Shown here: one piece after another, positions 49,531 to 53,047 of the stretch | Layout: each line of letters opens with the position of its first letter | Position numbering within the stretch: position 1 is the first letter of the stretch | NCBI GenBank assembly: GCA_044222065.1 | Contig: JBGAOA010000025.1 | Location: 1-53,047 of the forward strand | Length of the DNA: 53,047 nucleotides | Direction of reading: 5' to 3' | DNA from: Candidatus Eiseniibacteriota bacterium | Lineage (GTDB): Bacteria > Eisenbacteria > RBG-16-71-46 | The notes under the pieces: generated by a model | Databases searched by the model: none | What the model saw: only the letters and a program-made list of their open reading frames with translations | What the model was told of the DNA's origin: nothing | Made by a program: the position numbers and the translations under genes

Positions 49531-51454
49531 GTGACGTTCTCACCTCCACTCCGCGACGTGCGCGACGCGCTCCAGCGGCTGGCGCTCGCGCGACTCGCGC
49601 CCGGAGCGCCCGCCGCCGGCGCGCGCACGCTGCTCGTGGACGCGCGCGCCCAGCGGCTGTGGCTGTTCGAGGGCGACGAGCCCCGCGAGTCGTGGTTCTG
49701 CTCGACCTCGGCGCGCGGCCTCGGCGGGCGCGAAGGCTCGAACCGCACGCCGCTCGGCTGGCACCGCATCGCCCGGGCGATCGGCGCGGGAGCGCCGTAC
49801 GGCGCGGTCTTCGAATCCCGCGAGCCGACGGGAGAGGTGTGGCGCGCCGGCAGCGAGGATCGCGACCTCATCCTGACCCGCATCCTCACGCTCGAAGGCC
49901 TCGAGCCCGACGTGAACCGCGGCCCCGGCTGCGACTCGCTCGAGCGCTACATCTACGTGCACGGCACGAATCACGAGGACTGGCTCGGAGTGCCCGCCTC
50001 GCACGGCTGCGTGCGGCTCGCGAACGACGCGATGCTCGAGCTGTTCGACCTCGTCCGCCCCGGCGACGCGCTCGTCGTCGTGGACGCGCCCGCGACCGTG
50101 CCCGCCGTCGCGGGCCCGGGACGCTTCCACTACGCCGGACTCGGCGGCAGCGGCATGAGCGCGCTCGCTCAGTTCCAGGCGATGCGTGGCGGACGCGCGA
50201 GCGGGAGCGACCGCTCCTTCGATCGCGGCGAGCGCCCCGAATCGCGCCGTCAGCTCGAAACGCTCGGCATCGCGGTGACGCCCCAGGACGGCTCGGGCGT
50301 CGGCCGCGACTTCGACCGCGGTCGAGAACACGGTGCCGGATGTCGAGCGCGCGAAGGCGCGCGGCGTGCGCATCCTCCACCGCTCGGACCTGCTCGCGCA
50401 CTTCGTCGCGCGCCACCGCACGATCGCGGTGAGCGGCACGAGCGGAAAGTCCACCGTCACGGCGATGGCGTTCGAGATCCTGTGGGGCGCGGGCCGCGAT
50501 CCGTCCGTGATCACGGGCGGCGACCTCGTGCTGCTCGAGGAGCGCGGCCTGTGGGGGAACGCCTGGGCCGGCGGCTCGGACCTGCTCGTCGTCGAGGCCG
50601 ACGAGAGCGACGGCTCGCTCGTGCGCTACGAGCCCGCGGTCGGCGTGATCCTGAACCTGCAGCGCGACCACAAGGGCGAGTCCGAAGTCGCCGCGATGTT
50701 CGAGACCTTCGCGGCCCGCACGCGCGAGGCGGTCGTGAAGGGCGAGGACGCCAACCTTGCGGGAATCGCGCCGGGTGCGCGCGTGTTCGGCTTCGGCGAC
50801 GGCGCGGACGTCCGGGGCGAGGACGCCGGCACGACGCCCGAGGGCGCCGCGTTCGAAGTGCGCGGCGTGCGCTTCACGCTGCCCGTGCCCGGACGGCACA
50901 ACGTCGCGAACGCGCTCGCCGCGATCGCCGCGTGCGAGGCGGTCGGCGTGCCGCTCGACGCGATGGTCGCGCCGCTCGCGCGTTTCCGCGGCGTCGGCCG
51001 CCGCTTCCAGCGCGTCGGCGTCGCGCGCGGGATCGAGGTCGTGGACGACTTCGCCCACAATCCGGCCAAGGTCGAGGCGGCGATCGCGACGGCGCGCGCG
51101 CGCGCCGGCCGCGTGCTCGCGATCTACCAGCCGCACGGCTACGGACCGACGCGCTTCCTGCGCGCCGACTTCGTCGCGAGCTTCGCGAAGGCGCTCGGGC
51201 CCGAGGACCGGCTGTGGTGGCTCGAGGTGTTCTACGCGGGCGGCACGGCGACGCGCGACTTCTCGAGCGCCGACATCGTCGCCGAGATCGCCGAACGCGG
51301 AGCGAACGCGCAGTTCGCGCCGTCGCGCGAGTGGCTCGTCGAGCGCGTCGCCGCCGAGGCGCGGCCCGGCGACCTCGTGCTCGTGATGGGCGCCCGCGAT
51401 CCGTCGCTCAGCGCGCTCGCTCGCGCGATCTTCGACGCGATCGAGCGGGGCTGA
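49531..51454 (+). pseudogene. Frameshifted fusion: signal-peptide-less YkuD (L,D-transpeptidase-fold, ElsL-like) domain plus MurC/Mpl-like UDP-MurNAc ligase
   Basis: First frame has TPLGWH, ILTRIL, YIYVHGT...SHGCVRL then HYAGLGGSGMSALA..SGSD; the frame changes at 50311/50312 and continues STAVE...GTSGKST...EADESD...GVGRRF...DDFAHNP...QPH. Could be an assembly error rather than a true pseudogene. Confidence 0.72.
50333..51454 (+). CDS. MurC/Mpl-like Mur ligase central and C-terminal domains (downstream frame of the broken fusion)
   Basis: P-loop SGTSGKST, VEADESDG, NLQRDH, HNVANALAA, DDFAHNP, YQPH, VMGA. Confidence 0.8.
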   Translation: MPDVERAKARGVRILHRSDLLAHFVARHRTIAVSGTSGKSTVTAMAFEILWGAGRDPSVITGGDLVLLEERGLWGNAWAGGSDLLVVEADESDGSLVRYEPAVGVILNLQRDHKGESEVAAMFETFAARTREAVVKGEDANLAGIAPGARVFGFGDGADVRGEDAGTTPEGAAFEVRGVRFTLPVPGRHNVANALAAIAACEAVGVPLDAMVAPLARFRGVGRRFQRVGVARGIEVVDDFAHNPAKVEAAIATARARAGRVLAIYQPHGYGPTRFLRADFVASFAKALGPEDRLWWLEVFYAGGTATRDFSSADIVAEIAERGANAQFAPSREWLVERVAAEARPGDLVLVMGARDPSLSALARAIFDAIERG

Positions 51455-51460
51455 CGCCGC

Positions 51461-52717
<1,257 letters not shown>

Positions 52718-52723
52718 GCGGCG

Positions 52724-52753
52724 AAGATAGGGGCCGCGTTTGGAGAGGGTCAA
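52724..52753 (-). promoter_or_regulatory. Sigma70-type promoter of ispG (leaderless geometry)
   Basis: Minus strand TTGACC-N18-TATCTT, then 6 nt, then the GTG start. Confidence 0.65.
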
Positions 52754-52913
52754 ACGCGCGCACGACGCGGAGCGCGTCCACGTGGGTTCGCCGCGCCACG
52801 ACCGGAGCGGCGCATCCGTCGAGGCGTCCCGGGCGCTCGCCCGAACGCGCCGGCGGCGAACCCGGGACGCGCCGCTCGCGGGCCGCACCGCGCATCCGCT
52901 ACCGTAGCGCCCC

Positions 52914-53047
52914 ATGCGCCGCGCCCCCGTCCTCGCCGCGCTCGCGCTCGGCGCGGCACTCGTCGCCGAGTGCGCGCTGCGCCCGCGGCTCCTCGCCCCG
53001 GACGCGTTCCTCTACGCCGACGTCGCGGCGAACCTCGCGGCCGGGCG
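52914..53047 (+). CDS. Partial membrane protein, possibly a GT-C (ArnT/PMT-like) glycosyltransferase N-terminus
   Basis: [44 protein letters not shown]...: TM helix followed by a D...Y...A.N...G pattern; truncated by window end. Confidence 0.45.
   Translation, partial: MRRAPVLAALALGAALVAECALRPRLLAPDAFLYADVAANLAAG

Noticed and set aside
50300..50320. Programmed ribosomal frameshift in the YkuD-Mur fusion
   Set aside because: No slippery heptamer, and conserved residues are missing at the junction, which indicates a deletion

Overview
A high-GC bacterial chromosome segment. The Secretion-system/FlgD-like C-terminal domain on a protease and the overall gene set suggest an FCB-superphylum candidate lineage such as Ca. 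Eisenbacteria; this is inference only. Bases 1-32.5 kb form one uninterrupted, co-oriented transcription/translation supercluster: tuf 3' end, rpmG, tRNA-Trp, secE, nusG, rplK, an unexpected 66-aa ORF, rplA, rplJL, rpoBC, str operon (rpsL, rpsG, fusA, second tuf), then the S10, spc and alpha operons ending at rplQ. Bases 32.5-53 kb are accessory or housekeeping genes: a GHL10-like glycoside hydrolase, typA, a three-gene signalling module with four receiver domains, an SDR epimerase, tRNA-Asn followed by a compositionally atypical HExxH protein, an operon for a secreted TPR/DUF2723-motif protein plus ECF sigma and ZAS anti-sigma, prolyl oligopeptidase, DUF423, an M43 metalloprotease, a frameshifted fusion of a signal-peptide-less YkuD domain with a MurC/Mpl-like ligase, ispG, and a partial membrane-protein gene. 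The best candidates for something new are the ElsL-like YkuD + MurC/Mpl fusion (a possible one-polypeptide peptidoglycan recycling enzyme), the TPR/TMEM260-like-domain ECF operon with its own ECF-type promoter, the orphan ORF inside rplK-rplA, and a DevR-like signalling module. RpoB also carries a natural His526-equivalent to Asn change, and tuf has anomalous G-rich codon usage. All family assignments come from motif recognition by eye; no database searches were run.
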